Part shown: piece by piece, positions 27,101 through 42,100 of the stretch | Layout: the number at the start of each line of letters is the position of its first letter | Numbering within the stretch: the stretch's first letter is position 1 | NCBI GenBank assembly: GCA_964016885.1 | Contig: OZ024741.1 | Location: 18,910,001-18,974,000, forward strand | Direction of reading: 5' to 3' | Length of the DNA: 64,000 nucleotides | From: Eledone cirrhosa | Lineage: Eukaryota | Translations under genes and position numbers: made by a program | Notes under the pieces: model-generated | Told to the model about the DNA's origin: nothing | Seen by the model: the letters and a program-made list of their open reading frames with translations, nothing else | The model's database searches: none

Positions 27101-30100
27101 ATGGCTACTGCTCCCCAGGGTTGGACAGGTCTATATAGACCAAGTCAGTGTTGAAGTGATGGCTACTGCTCCCCAGGGTTGGACAGGTCTATATAGACCA
27201 AGTCAGTGTTGAAGTGATGGCTACTGCTCCCCAGGGTTGGACAGGTCTATATAGACCAAGTCAGTGTTGAAGTGATGGCTACTGCTCCCCAGGGTTGGAC
27301 AGGTCTATATAGACCAAGTCAGTGTTGAAGTGATGGCTACTGCTCCCCAGGGTTGGACAGGTCTATATAGACCAAGTCAGTGTTGAAGTGATGGCTACTG
27401 CTCCCCAGGGTTGGACAGGTCTATATAGACCAAGTCAGTGTTGAAGTGATGGCTACTGCTCCCCAGGGTTGGACAGGTCTATATAGACCAAGTCAGTGTT
27501 GAAGTGATGGCTACTGCTCCCCAGCGTTGGACAGATCTATATAGACCAAGTCAGTGTTGAAGTGATGGCTACTGCTCCCCAGGGTTGGACAGGTCTATAT
27601 AGACCAAGTCAGTGTTGAAGTGATGGCTACTGCTCCCCAGGGTTGGACAGGTCTATATAGACCAAGTCAGTGTTGAAGTGATGGCTACTGCTCCCCAGGG
27701 TTGGACAGGTCTATATAGACCAAGTCAGTGTTGAAGTGATGGCTACTGCTCCCCAGGGTTGGACAGATCTATATAGACCAAGTCAGTGTTGAAGTGATGG
27801 CTACTGCTCCCCAGGGTTGGACAGATCTATATAGACCAAGTCAGTGTTGAAGTGATGGCTACTGCTCCCCAGGGTTGGACAGGTCTATATGGACCTAGTC
27901 AGTACTGAAGTGATGGCTACTGCTCCCCAGGGTTGGACAGATCTATATAGACCAAGTCAGTGTTGAAGTGATGGCTACTGCTCCCCAGGGTTGGACAGGT
28001 CTATATAGACCAAGTCAGTGTTGAAGTGATGGCTACTGCTCCCCAGGGTTGGACAGGTCTATATAGACCAAGTCAGTACTGAAGTGATGGCTACTGCTCC
28101 CCAGGGTTGGACAGATCTATATAGACCAAGTCAGTGTTGAAGTGATGGCTACTGCTCCCCAGGGTTGGACAGATCTATATAGACCAAGTCAGTGTTGAAG
28201 TGATGGCTACTGCTCCCCAGGGTTGGACAGGTCTATATAGACCAAGTCAGTACTGAAGTGATGGCTACTGCTCCCCAGGGTTGGACAGGTCTATATAGAC
28301 CAAGTCAGTGTTGAAGTGATGGCTACTGCTCCCCAGGGTTGGACAGGTCTATATAGACCAAGTCAGTGTTGAAGTGATGGCTACTGCTCCCCAGGGTTGG
28401 ACAGGTCTATATAGACCAAGTCAGTGTTGAAGTGATGGCTACTGCTCCCCAGGGTTGGACAGGTCTATATAGACCAAGTCAGTACTGAAGTGATGGCTAC
28501 TGCTCCCCAGGGTTGGACAGATCTATATAGACCAAGTCAGTGTTGAAGTGATGGCTACTGCTCCCCAGGGTTGGACAGGTCTATATAGACCAAGTCAGTG
28601 TTGAAGTGATGGCTACTGCTCCCCAGGGTTGGACAGGTCTATATAGACCAAGTCAGTGTTGAAGTGATGGCTACTGCTCCCCATGGTTGGACAGGTCTAT
28701 ATAGACCAAGTCAGTGTTGAAGTGATGGCTACTGCTCCCCAGGGTTGGACAGGTCTATATAGACCAAGTCAGTACTGAAGTGATGGCTACTGCTCCCCAG
28801 GGTTGGACAGATCTATATAGACCAAGTCAGTGTTGAAGTGATGGCTACTGCTCCCCAGGGTTGGACAGGTCTATATAGACCAAGTCAGTGTTGAAGTGAT
28901 GGCTACTGCTCCCCAGGGTTGGACAGGTCTATATAGACCAAGTCAGTGTTGAAGTGATGGCTACTGCTCCCCAGGGTTGGACAGATCTATATAGACCAAG
29001 TCAGTGTTGAAGTGATGGCTACTGCTCCCCAGGGTTGGACAGGTCTATATAGACCAAGTCAGTGTTGAAGTGGTGGCTACTGCTCCCCAGGGTTAGACAG
29101 GTCTATATAGACCAAGTCAGTGTTGAAGTGGTGGCTACTGCTCCCCAGGGTTGGACAGGTCTATATAGACCAAGTCAGTACTGAAGTGATGGCTACTGCT
29201 CCCCAGGGTTGGACAGATCTATATAGACCAAGTCAGTGTTGAAGTGATGGCTACTGCTCCCCAGGGTTGGACAGGTCTATATAGACCAAGTCAGTGTTGA
29301 AGTGGTGGCTACTGCTCCCCAGGGTTAGACAGGTCTATATAGACCAAGTCAGTGTTGAAGTGGTGGCTACTGCTCCCCAGGGTTGGACAGATCTATATAG
29401 ACCAAGTCAGTACTGTAGTGATGGCTACTGCTCCCCAGGGTTGGACAGATCTATATAGACCAAGTCAGTACTGAAGTGATGGCTACTGCTCCCCAGGGTT
29501 GGACAGATCTATATAGACCAAGTCAGTGTTGAAGTGATGGCTACTGCTCCCCAGGGTTGGACAGGTCTATATAGACCAAGTCAGTGTTGAAGTGGTGGCT
29601 ACTGCTCCCCAGGGTTGGACAGATCTATATAGACCAAGTCAGTACTGAAGTGATGGCTACTGCTCCCCAGGGTTGGACAGGTCTATATAGACCAAGTCAG
29701 TACTGAAGTGATGGCTACTGCTCCCCAGGGTTGGACAGGTCTATATAGACCAAGTCAGTGTTGAAGTGATGGCTACTGCTCCCCAGGGTTGGACAGATCT
29801 ATATAGACCAAGTCAGTGTTGAAGTGATGGCTACTGCTCCCCAGGGTTAGACAGGTCTATATAGACCAAGTCAGTGTTGAAGTGGTGGCTACTGCTCCCC
29901 AGGGTTGGACAGATCTATATAGACCAAGTCAGTGTTGAAGTGGTGGCTACTGCTCCCCAGGGTTGGACAGATCTATATAGACCAAGTCAGTGTTGAAGTG
30001 ATGGCTACTGCTCCCCAGGGTTGGACAGATCTATATAGACCAAGTCAGTGTTGAAGTGGTGGCTACTGCTCCCCAGGGTTAGACAGGTCTATATAGACCA

Positions 30101-33100
30101 AGGCAGTGTTGAAGTGATGGCTACTGCTCCCCAGCGTTAGACAGGTCTATATAGACCAAGTCAGTGTTGAAGTGATGGCTACTGCTCCCCAGGGTTAGAC
30201 AGGTCTATATAGACCAAGTCAGTGTTGAAGTGATGGCTACTGCTCCCCAGGGTTGGACAGGTCTATATAGACCAAGTCAGTGTTGAAGTGGTGGCTACTG
30301 CTCCCCAGGGTTGGACAGATCTATATAGACCAAGTCAGTACTGAAGTGATGGCTACTGTTCCCCAGGGTTAGACAGATCTATATAGACCAAGTCAGTGCT
30401 GAAGTGATGGCTACTGCTCCCCAGGGTTGGACAGGTCTATATAGACCAAGTCAGTGTTGAAGTGATGGCTACTGCTCCCCAGGGTTGGACAGGTCTATAT
30501 AGACCAAGTCAGTGCTGAAGTGATGGCTACTGCTCCCCAGGGTTGGACAGGTCTATATAGACCAAGTCAGTACTGAAGTGATGGCTACTGCTCCCCAGGG
30601 TTGGACAGGTCTATATAGACCAAGTCAGTGCTGAAGTGATGGCTACTGCTCCCCAGGGTTGGACAGGTCTATATAGACCAAGTCAGTGCTGAAGTGATGG
30701 CTACTGCTCCCCAGGGTTGGACAGATCTATATAGACCAAGTCAGTACTGAAGTGATGGCTACTGCTCCCCAGGGTTGGACAGGTCTATATAGACCAAGTC
30801 AGTGTTGAAGTGATGGCTACTGCTCCCCAGGGTTGGACAGGTCTATATAGACCAAGTCAGTACTGAAGTGATGGCTACTGCTCCCCAGGGTTAGACAGAT
30901 CTATATAGACCAAGTCAGTGCTGAAGTGATGGCTACTGCTCCCCAGGGTTGGACAGGTCTATATAGACCAAGTCAGTGTTGAAGTGATGGCTACTGCTCC
31001 CCAGGGTTGGACAGGTCTATATAGACCAAGTCAGTGTTGAAGTGATGGCTACTGCTCCCCAGGGTTGGACAGGTCTATATAGACCAAGTCAGTGTTGAAG
31101 TGATGGCTACTGCTCCCCAGGGTTGGACAGGTCTATATAGACCAAGTCAGTGCTGAAGTGGTGGCTACTGCTCCCCAGGGTTGGACAGGTCTATATAGAC
31201 CAAGTCAGTGTTGAAGTGATGGCTACTGCTCCCCAGGGTTGGACAGGTCTATATAGACCAAGGAAGTGTTGAAGTGATGGCTACTGCTCCCCAGGGTTGG
31301 ACAGGTCTATATAGACCAAGGAAGTGTTGAAGTGATGGCTACTGCTCCCCAGGGTTGGACAGGTCTATATAGACCAAGGAAGTGTTGAAGTGATGGCTAC
31401 TGCTCCCCAGGGTTGGACAGGTCTATATAGACCAAGTCAGTGTTGAAGTGATGGCTACTGCTCCCCAGGGTTGGACAGGTCTATATAGACCAAGTCAGTG
31501 TTGAAGTGATGGCTACTGCTCCCCAGGGTTGGACAGGTCTATATAGACCAAGTCAGTACTGAAGTGATGGCTACTGCTCCCCAGGGTTGGACAGGTCTAT
31601 ATAGACCAAGTCAGTGTTGAAGTGATGGCTACTGCTCCCCAGGGTTGGACAGGTCTATATAGACCAAGTCAGTGTTGAAGTGATGGCTACTGCTCCCCAG
31701 GGTTGGACAGGTCTATATAGACCAAGTCAGTACTGAAGTGATGGCTACTGCTCCCCAGGGTTGGACAGGTCTATATAGACCAAGTCAGTGTTGAAGTGAT
31801 GGCTACTGCTCCCCAGGGTTGGACAGGTCTATATAGACCAAGTCAGTGTTGAAGTGATGGCTACTGCTCCCCAGGGTTGGACAGGTCTATATAGACCAAG
31901 TCAGTACTGAAGTGATGGCTACTGCTCCCCAGGGTTGGACAGATCTATATAGACCAAGTCAGTGTTGAAGTGATGGCTACTGCTCCCCAGGGTTGGACAG
32001 GTCTATATAGACCAAGTCAGTGTTGAAGTGATGGCTACTGCTCCCCAGGGTTGGACAGGTCTATATAGACCAAGTCAGTACTGAAGTGATGGCTACTGCT
32101 CCCCAGGGTTGGACAGGTCTATATAGACCAAGTCAGTGTTGAAGTGATGGCTACTGCTCCCCAGGGTTGGACAGGTCTATATAGACCAAGTCAGTGTTGA
32201 AGTGATGGCTACTGCTCCCCAGGGTTGGACAGGTCTATATAGACCAAGGCAGTGTTGAAGTGATGGCTACTGCTCCCCAGGGTTGGACAGGTCTATATAG
32301 ACCAAGTCAGTGTTGAAGTGATGGCTACTGCTCCCCAGGGTTGGACAGGTCTATATAGACCAAGTCAGTGTTGAAGTGATGGCTACTGCTCCCCAGGGTT
32401 GGACAGGTCTATATAGACCAAGTCAGTGTTGAAGTGATGGCTACTGCTCCCCAGGGTTGGACAGGTCTATATAGACCAAGTCAGTACTGAAGTGATGGCT
32501 ACTGCTCCCCAGGGTTGGACAGGTCTATATAGACCAAGTCAGTACTGAAGTGATGGCTACTGCTCCCCAGGGTTGGACAGGTCTATATAGACCAAGTCAG
32601 TGTTGAAGTGATGGCTACTGCTCCCCAGGGTTGGACAGGTCTATATAGACCAAGTCAGTACTGAAGTGATGGCTACTGCTCCCCAGGGTTGGACAGGTCT
32701 ATATAGACCAAGTCAGTACTGAAGTGATGGCTACTGCTCCCCAGGGTTGGACAGGTCTATATAGACCAAGTCAGTACTGAAGTGATGGCTACTGCTCCCC
32801 AGGGTTGGACAGGTCTATATAGACCAAGTCAGTGTTGAAGTGATGGCTACTGCTCCCCAGGGTTGGACAGGTCTATATAGACCAAGTCAGTACTGAAGTG
32901 ATGGCTACTGCTCCCCAGGGTTGGACAGGTCTATATAGACCAAGTCAGTGTTGAAGTGATGGCTACTGCTCCCCAGGGTTGGACAGGTCTATATAGACCA
33001 AGTCAGTACTGAAGTGATGGCTACTGCTCCCCAGGGTTGGACAGGTCTATATAGACCAAGTCAGTGTTGAAGTGATGGCTACTGCTCCCCAGGGTTGGAC

Positions 33101-36100
33101 AGGTCTATATAGACCAAGTCAGTGTTGAAGTGATGGCTACTGCTCCCCAGGGTTGGACAGGTCTATATAGACCAAGTCAGTGTTGAAGTGGTGGCTACTG
33201 CTCCCCAGGGTTGGACAGGTCTATATAGACCAAGTCAGTACTGAAGTGATGGCTACTGCTCCCCAGGGTTGGACAGGTCTATATAGACCAAGTCAGTACT
33301 GAAGTGATGGCTACTGCTCCCCAGGGTTGGACAGGTCTATATAGACCAAGTCAGTGTTGAAGTGGTGGCTACTGCTCCCCAGGGTTGGACAGGTCTATAT
33401 AGACCAAGTCAGTGTTGAAGTGGTGGCTACTGCTCCCCAGGGTTGGACAGGTCTATATAGACCAAGTCAGTGTTGAAGTGATGGCTACTGCTCCCCAGGG
33501 TTGGACAGATCTATATAGACCAAGTCAGTACTGAAGTGATGGCTACTGCTCCCCAGGGTTGGACAGGTCTATATAGACCAAGTCAGTGTTGAAGTGGTCG
33601 CTACTGCTCCCCAGGGTTGGACAGATCTATATAGACCAAGTCAGTGTTGAAGTGATGGCTACTGCTCCCCAGGGTTGGACAGGTCTATATAGACCAAGTC
33701 AGTACTGAAGTGATGGCTACTGCTCCCCAGGGTTGGACAGGTCTATATAGACCAAGTCAGTACTGAAGTGATGGCTACTGCTCCCCAGGGTTGGACAGGT
33801 CTATATAGACCAAGTCAGTGTTGAAGTGGTGGCTACTGCTCCCCAGGGTTGGACAGGTCTATATAGACCAAGTCAGTGTTGAAGTGATGGCTACTGCTCC
33901 CCAGGGTTGGACAGATCTATATAGACCAAGTCAGTGTTGAAGTGATGGCTACTGCTCCCCAGGGTTGGACAGATCTATATAGACCAAGTCAGTGTTGAAG
34001 GGATAGCTACTGCTCCCCAGGGTTGGACAGGTCTATATAGACCAAGTCAGTACTGAAGTGATGGCTACTGCTCCCCAGGGTTGGACAGGTCTATATAGAC
34101 CAAGTCAGTGTTGAAGTGGTGGCTACTGCTCCCCAGGGTTGGACAGGTCTATATAGACCAAGTCAGTGTTGAAGTGGTGGCTACTGCTCCCCAGGGTTGG
34201 ACAGGTCTATATAGACCAAGGCAGTGTTGAAGTGATGGCTACTGCTCCCCAGGGTTGGACAGATCTATATAGACCAAGTCAGTGTTGAAGTGGTGGCTAC
34301 TGCTCCCCAGGGTTAGACAGGTCTATATAGACCAAGGCAGTGTTGAAGTGATGGCTACTGCTCCCCAGGGTTGGACAGGTCTATATAGACCAAGTCAGTG
34401 TTGAAGTGATGGCTACTGCTCCCCAGGGTTGGACAGGTCTATATAGACCAAGTCAGTACTGAAGTGATGGCTACTGCTCCCCAGGGTTGGACAGATCTAT
34501 ATAGACCAAGTCAGTGTTGAAGTGATGGCTACTGCTCCCCAGGGTTGGACAGGTCTATATAGACCAAGTCAGTGTTGAAGTGATGGCTACTGCTCCCCAG
34601 GGTTAGACAGGTCTATATAGACCAAGTCAGTGTTGAAGGGATGGCTACTGCTCCCCAGGGTTGGACAGGTCTATATAGACCAAGGCAGTGTTGAAGTGAT
34701 GGCTACTGCTCCCCAGGGTTGGACAGGTCTATATAGACCAAGTCAGTACTGAAGTGATGGCTACTGCTCCCCAGGGTTAGACAGGTCTATATAGACCAAG
34801 TCAGTGTTGAAGTGATGGCTACTGCTCCCCAGGGTTAGACAGGTCTATATAGACCAAGTCAGTGTTGAAGTGATGGCTACTGCTCCCCAGGGTTGGACAG
34901 ATCTATATAGACCAAGTCAGTGTTGAAGTGATGGCTACTGCTCCCCAGGGTTAGACAGGTCTATATAGACCAAGGCAGTGTTGAAGTGATGGCTACTGCT
35001 CCCCAGGGTTGGACAGGTCTATATAGACCAAGTCAGTACTGAAGTGATGGCTACTGCTCCCCAGGGTTGGACAGGTCTATATAGACCAAGTCAGTACTGA
35101 AGTGATGGCTACTGCTCCCCAGGGTTGGACAGATCTATATAGACCAAGTCAGTACTGAAGTGATGGCTACTGCTCCCCAGGGTTGGACAGGTCTATATAG
35201 ACCAAGTCAGTGTTGAAGTGATGGCTACTGCTCCCCAGGGTTGGACAGATCTATATAGACCAAGTCAGTGTTGAAGTGATGGCTACTGCTCCCCAGGGTT
35301 AGACAGGTCTATATAGACCAAGTCAGTGTTGAAGTGATGGCTACTGCTCCCCAGGGTTGGACAGATCTATATAGACCAAGTCAGTACTGAAGTGATGGCT
35401 ACTGCTCCCCAGGGTTGGACAGGTCTATATAGACCAAGTCAGTGTTGAAGTGATGGCTACTGCTCCCCAGGGTTGGACAGGTCTATATAGACCAAGTCAG
35501 TGTTGAAGTGATGGCTACTGCTCCCCAGGGTTAGACAGGTCTATATAGACCAAGTCAGTGTTGAAGGGATGGCTACTGCTCCCCAGGGTTGGACAGGTCT
35601 ATATAGACCAAGTCAGTGTTGAAGTGATGGCTACTGCTCCCCAGGGTTGGACAGATCTATATAGACCAAGTCAGTGTTGAAGTGATGGCTACTGCTCCCC
35701 AGGGTTGGACAGGTCTATATAGACCAAGTCAGTACTGAAGTGATGGCTACTGCTCCCCAGGGTTAGACAGGTCTATATAGACCAAGTCAGTGTTGAAGTG
35801 ATGGCTACTGCTCCCCAGGGTTGGACAGATCTATATAGACCAAGTCAGTACTGAAGTGATGGCTACTGCTCCCCAGGGTTGGACAGGTCTATATAGACCA
35901 AGTCAGTGTTGAAGTGATGGCTACTGCTCCCCAGGGTTGGACAGGTCTATATAGACAAAGTCAGTACTGAAGTGATGGCTACTGCTCCCCAGGGTTGGAC
36001 AGGTCTATATAGACCAAGGCAGTGTTGAAGTGATGGCTACTGCTCCCCAGGGTTGGACAGGTCTATATAGACCAAGTCAGTGTTGAAGTGATGGCTACTG

Positions 36101-39100
36101 CTCCCCAGGGTTAGACAGGTCTATATAGACCAAGTCAGTGTTGAAGTGATGGCTACTGCTCCCCAGGGTTGGACAGGTCTATATAGACCAAGTCAGTGTT
36201 GAAGTGATGGCTACTGCTCCCCAGGGTTGGACAGGTCTATATAGACCAAGTCAGTGTTGAAGTGATGGCTACTGCTCCCCAGGGTTGGACAGGTCTATAT
36301 AGACCAAGTCAGTGTTGAAGGGATGGCTACTGCTCCCCAGGGTTAGACAGGTCTATATAGACCAAGTCAGTGTTGAAGGGATGGCTACTGCTCCCCAGGG
36401 TTGGACAGATCTATATAGACCAAGTCAGTACTGAAGTGATGGCTACTGCTCCCCAGGGTTGGACAGGTCTATATAGACCAAGTCAGTGTTGAAGTGATGG
36501 CTACTGCTCCCCAGGGTTGGACAGGTCTATATAGACCAAGTCAGTGTTGAAGGGATGGCTACTGCTCCCCAGGGTTGGACAGATCTATATAGACCAAGTC
36601 AGTGTTGAAGTGATGGCTACTGCTCCCCAGGGTTGGACAGGTCTATATAGACCAAGTCAGTGTTGAAGTGATGGCTACTGCTCCCCAGGGTTGGACAGGT
36701 CTATATAGACCAAGTCAGTGTTGAAGTGATGGCTACTGCTCCCCAGGGTTGGACAGGTCTATATAGACCAAGTCAGTGTTGAAGGGATGGCTACTGCTCC
36801 CCAGGGTTGGACAGGTCTATATAGACCAAGTCAGTGTTGAAGTGATGGCTACTGCTCCCCAGGGTTAGACAGGTCTATATAGACCAAGTCAGTGTTGAAG
36901 TGATGGCTACTGCTCCCCAGGGTTAGACAGGTCTATATAGACCAAGTCAGTGTTGAAGTGGTGGCTACTGCTCCCCAGGGTTGGACAGGTCTATATAGAC
37001 CAAGTCAGTGTTGAAGTGATGGCTACTGCTCCCCATGGTTGGACAGGTCTATATAGACCAAGTCAGTGTTGAAGTGATGGCTACTGCTCCCCAGGGTTGG
37101 ACAGGTCTATATAGACCAAGTCAGTGTTGAAGTGATGGCTACTGCTCCCCAGGGTTGGACAGGTCTATATAGACCAAGTCAGTACTGAAGTGATGGCTAC
37201 TGCTCCCCAGGGTTGGACAGATCTATATCGACCAAGTCAGTGTTGAAGTGATGGCTACTGCTCCCCAGGGTTAGACAGGTCTATATAGACCAAGTCAGTG
37301 TTGAAGTGATGGCTACTGCTCCCCAGGGTTAGACAGGTCTATATCGACCAAGTCAGTGTTGAAGTGATGGCTACTGCTCCCCAGGGTTAGACAGGTCTAT
37401 ATAGACCAAGTCAGTGTTGAAGTGATGGCTACTGCTCCCCAGGGTTAGACAGGTCTATATAGACCAAGTCAGTGTTGAAGTGATGGCTACTGCTCCCCAG
37501 GGTTAGACAGGTCTATATAGACCAAGTCAGTGTTGAAGTGGTGGCTACTGCTCCCCAGGGTTGGACAGGTCTATATAGACCAAGTCAGTGTTGAAGTGAT
37601 GGCTACTGCTCCCCATGGTTGGACAGGTCTATATAGACCAAGTCAGTGTTGAAGTGATGGCTACTGCTCCCCAGGGTTGGACAGGTCTATATAGACCAAG
37701 TCAGTGTTGAAGTGATGGCTACTGCTCCCCAGGGTTGGACAGGTCTATATAGACCAAGTCAGTACTGAAGTGATGGCTACTGCTCCCCAGGGTTGGACAG
37801 ATCTATATCGACCAAGTCAGTGTTGAAGTGATGGCTACTGCTCCCCAGGGTTAGACAGGTCTATATAGACCAAGTCAGTGTTGAAGTGATGGCTACTGCT
37901 CCCCAGGGTTAGACAGGTCTATATCGACCAAGTCAGTGTTGAAGTGATGGCTACTGCTCCCCAGGGTTGGACAGGTCTATATAGACCAAGTCAGTGTTGA
38001 AGTGATGGCTACTGCTCCCCAGGGTTGGACAGATCTATATAGACCAAGTCAGTACTGAAGGGATGGCTACTGCTCCCCAGGGTTGGACAGATCTATATAG
38101 ACCAAGTCAGTGTTGAAGGGATGGCTACTGCTCCCCAGGGTTGGACAGGTCTATATAGACCAAGTCAGTGTTGAAGTGATGGCTACTGCTCCCCAGGGTT
38201 GGACAGATCTATATAGACCAAGTCAGTACTGAAGGGATGGCTACTGCTCCCCAGGGTTGGACAGATCTATATAGACCAAGTCATTGTTGAAGTGATGGCT
38301 ACTGCTCCCCAGGGTTGGACAGATCTATATAGACCAAGTCAGTGTTGAAGTGATGGCTACTGCTCCCCAGGGTTAGACAGGTCTATATAGACCAAGTCAG
38401 TGTTGAAGGGATGGCTACTGCTCCCCAGGGTTGGACAGATCTATATAGACCAAGTCAGTGTTGAAGTGATGGCTACTGCTCCCCAGGGTTGGACAGGTCT
38501 ATATAGACCAAGTCAGTGTTGAAGTGATGGCTACTGCTCCCCAGGGTTGGACAGGTCTATATAGACCAAGTCAGTGTTGAAGTGATGGCTACTGCTCCCC
38601 AGGGTTAGACAGGTCTATATAGACCAAGTCAGTGTTGAAGTGATGGCTACTGCTCCCCAGGGTTGGACAGATCTATATAGACCAAGTCAGTGTTGAAGTG
38701 ATGGCTACTGCTCCCCAGGGTTAGACAGGTCTATATAGACCAAGTCAGTGTTGAAGTGATGGCTACTGCTCCCCAGGGTTGGACAGATCTATATAGACCA
38801 AGTCAGTGTTGAAGTGATGGCTACTGCTCCCCAGGGTTAGACAGGTCTATATAGACCAAGTCAGTGTTGAAGTGATGGCTACTGCTCCCCAGGGTTGGAC
38901 AGGTCTATATAGACCAAGTCAGTGTTGAAGGGATGGCTACTGTGTCCCAGGGTTGGACAGATCTATATAGACCAAGTCAGTGTTGAAGTGATGGCTACTG
39001 CTCCCCAGGGTTAGACAGGTCTATATAGACCAAGTCAGTACTGAAGTGATGGCTACTGCTCCCCAGGGTTGGACAGATCTATATAGACCAAGTCAGTGTT

Positions 39101-42100
39101 GAAGGGATGGCTACTGCTCCCCAGGGTTGGACAGGTCTATATAGACCAAGTCAGTGTTGAAGTGATGGCTACTGTGTCCCAGGGTTGGACAGATCTATAT
39201 AGACCAAGTCAGTGTTGAAGTGATGGCTACTGCTCCCCATGGTTGGACAGGTCTATATAGACCAAGTCAGTGTTGAAGTGATGGCTACTGCTCCCCAGGG
39301 TTGGACAGGTCTATATAGACCAAGTCAGTGTTGAAGTGATGGCTACTGTGTCCCAGGGTTGGACAGATCTATATAGACCAAGTCAGTGTTGAAGTGATGG
39401 CTACTGCTCCCCAGGGTTAGACAGATCTATATAGACCAAGTCAGTGTTGAAGGGATGGCTACTGCTCCCCAGGGTTGGACAGGTCTATATAGACCAAGTC
39501 AGTGTTGAAGTGATGGCTACTGTGTCCCAGGGTTGGACAGATCTATATAGACCAAGTCAGTGTTGAAGTGATGGCTACTGCTCCCCATGGTTGGACAGGT
39601 CTATATAGACCAAGTCAGTGTTGAAGTGATGGCTACTGCTCCCCAGGGTTGGACAGGTCTATATAGACCAAGTCAGTGTTGAAGTGATGGCTACTGTGTC
39701 CCAGGGTTGGACAGATCTATATAGACCAAGTCAGTGTTGAAGTGATGGCTACTGCTCCCCATGGTTGGACAGGTCTATATAGACCAAGTCAGTGTTGAAG
39801 TGATGGCTACTGCTCCCCAGGGTTGGACAGGTCTATATAGACCAAGTCAGTGTTGAAGTGATGGCTACTGCTCCCCAGGGTTGGACAGATCTATATAGAC
39901 CAAGTCAGTGTTGAAGTGATGGCTACTGCTCCCCAGGGTTGGACAGATCTATATAGACCAAGTCAGTACTGAAGTGATGGCTACTGCTCCCCATGGTTGG
40001 ACAGGTCTATATAGACCAAGTCAGTGTTGAAGTGATGGCTACTGCTCCCCAGGGTTAGACAGGTCTATATAGACCAAGGCAGTGTTGAAGTGATGGCTAC
40101 TGCTCCCCAGGGTTGGACAGATCTATATAGACCAAGTCAGTGTTGAAGTGATGGCTACTGCTCCCCAGGGTTAGACAGATCTATATAGACCAAGGCAGTG
40201 TTGAAGTGATGGCTACTGCTCCCCAGGGTTGGACAGGTCTATATAGACCAAGTCAGTGTTGAAGTGGTGGCTACTGCTCCCCATGGTTGGACAGGTCTAT
40301 ATAGACCAAGTCAGTGTTGAAGTGATGGCTACTGCTCCCCAGGGTTGGACAGGTCTATATAGACCAAGTCAGTGTTGAAGTGGTGGCTACTGCTCCCCAG
40401 GGTTGGACAGGTCTATATAGACCAAGTCAGTGTTGAAGTGGTGGCTACTGCTCCCCATGGTTGGACAGGTCTATATAGACCAAGTCAGTGTTGAAGTGAT
40501 GGCTACTGCTCCCCAGGGTTGGACAGGTCTATATAGACCAAGTCAGTACTGAAGTGATGGCTACTGCTCCCCAGGGTTGGACAGATCTATATAGACCAAG
40601 TCAGTGTTGAAGGGATGGCTACTGCTCCCCAGGGTTGGACAGATCTATATAGACCAAGTCAGTGTTGAAGTGATGGCTACTGCTCCCCAGGGTTGGACAG
40701 GTCTATATAGACCAAGTCAGTGTTGAAGTGGTGGCTACTGCTCCCCAGGGTTGGACAGGTCTATATAGACCAAGTCAGTACTGAAGTGATGGCTACTGCT
40801 CCCCAGGGTTGGACAGGTCTATATAGACCAAGTCAGTGTTGAAGTGGTGGCTACTGCTCCCCAGGGTTGGACAGGTCTATATAGACCAAGTCAGTGTTGA
40901 AGTGATGGCTACTGCTCCCCATGGTTGGACAGGTCTATATAGACCAAGTCAGTGTTGAAGTGATGGCTACTGCTCCCCAGGGTTGGACAGGTCTATATAG
41001 ACCAAGTCAGTGTTGAAGTGGTGGCTACTGCTCCCCAGGGTTGGACAGGTCTATATAGACCAAGTCAGTGTTGAAGTGATGGCTACTGCTCCCCAGGGTT
41101 GGACAGGTCTATATAGACCAAGTCAGTGTTGAAGTGATGGCTACTGCTCCCCAGGGTTGGACAGGTCTATATAGACCAAGTCAGTGTTGAAGTGATGGCT
41201 ACTGCTCCCCAGGGTTGGACAGGTCTATATAGACCAAGTCAGTGTTGAAGGGATGGCTACTGCTCCCCAGGGTTAGACAGGTCTATATAGACCAAGTCAG
41301 TACTGAAGTGATGGCTACTGCTCCCCAGGGTTGGACAGGTCTATATAGACCAAGGCAGTGTTGAAGTGATGGCTACTGCTCCCCATGGTTGGACAGATCT
41401 ATATAGACCAAGTCAGTACTGAAGTGATGGCTACTGCTCCCCAGGGTTGGACAGGTCTATATAGACCAAGTCAGTGTTGAAGTGATGGCTACTGCTCCCC
41501 AGGGTTGGACAGATCTATATAGACCAAGTCAGTGTTGAAGTGATGGCTACTGCTCCCCAGGGTTGGACAGGTCTATATAGACCAAGGCAGTGTTGAAGTG
41601 ATGGCTACTGCTCCCCAGGGTTGGACAGATCTATATAGACCAAGTCAGTGTTGAAGTGATGGCTACTGCTCCCCAGGGTTGGACAGGTCTATATAGACCA
41701 AGTCAGTGTTGAAGTGATGGCTACTGCTCCCCAGGGTTGGACAGATCTATATAGACCAAGTCAGTGTTGAAGTGATGGCTACTGCTCCCCAGGGTTGGAC
41801 AGGTCTATATAGACCAAGTCAGTGTTGAAGTGATGGCTACTGCTCCCCAGGGTTGGACAGGTCTATATAGACCAAGTCAGTGTTGAAGTGATGGCTACTG
41901 CTCCCCAGGGTTGGACAGGTCTATATAGACCAAGTCAGTGTTGAAGTGATGGCTACTGCTCCCCAGGGTTGGACAGATCTATATAGACCAAGGCAGTGTT
42001 GAAGTGATGGCTACTGCTCCCCAGGGTTGGACAGATCTATATAGACCAAGTCAGTGTTGAAGTGATGGCTACTGCTCCCCAGGGTTGGACAGGTCTATAT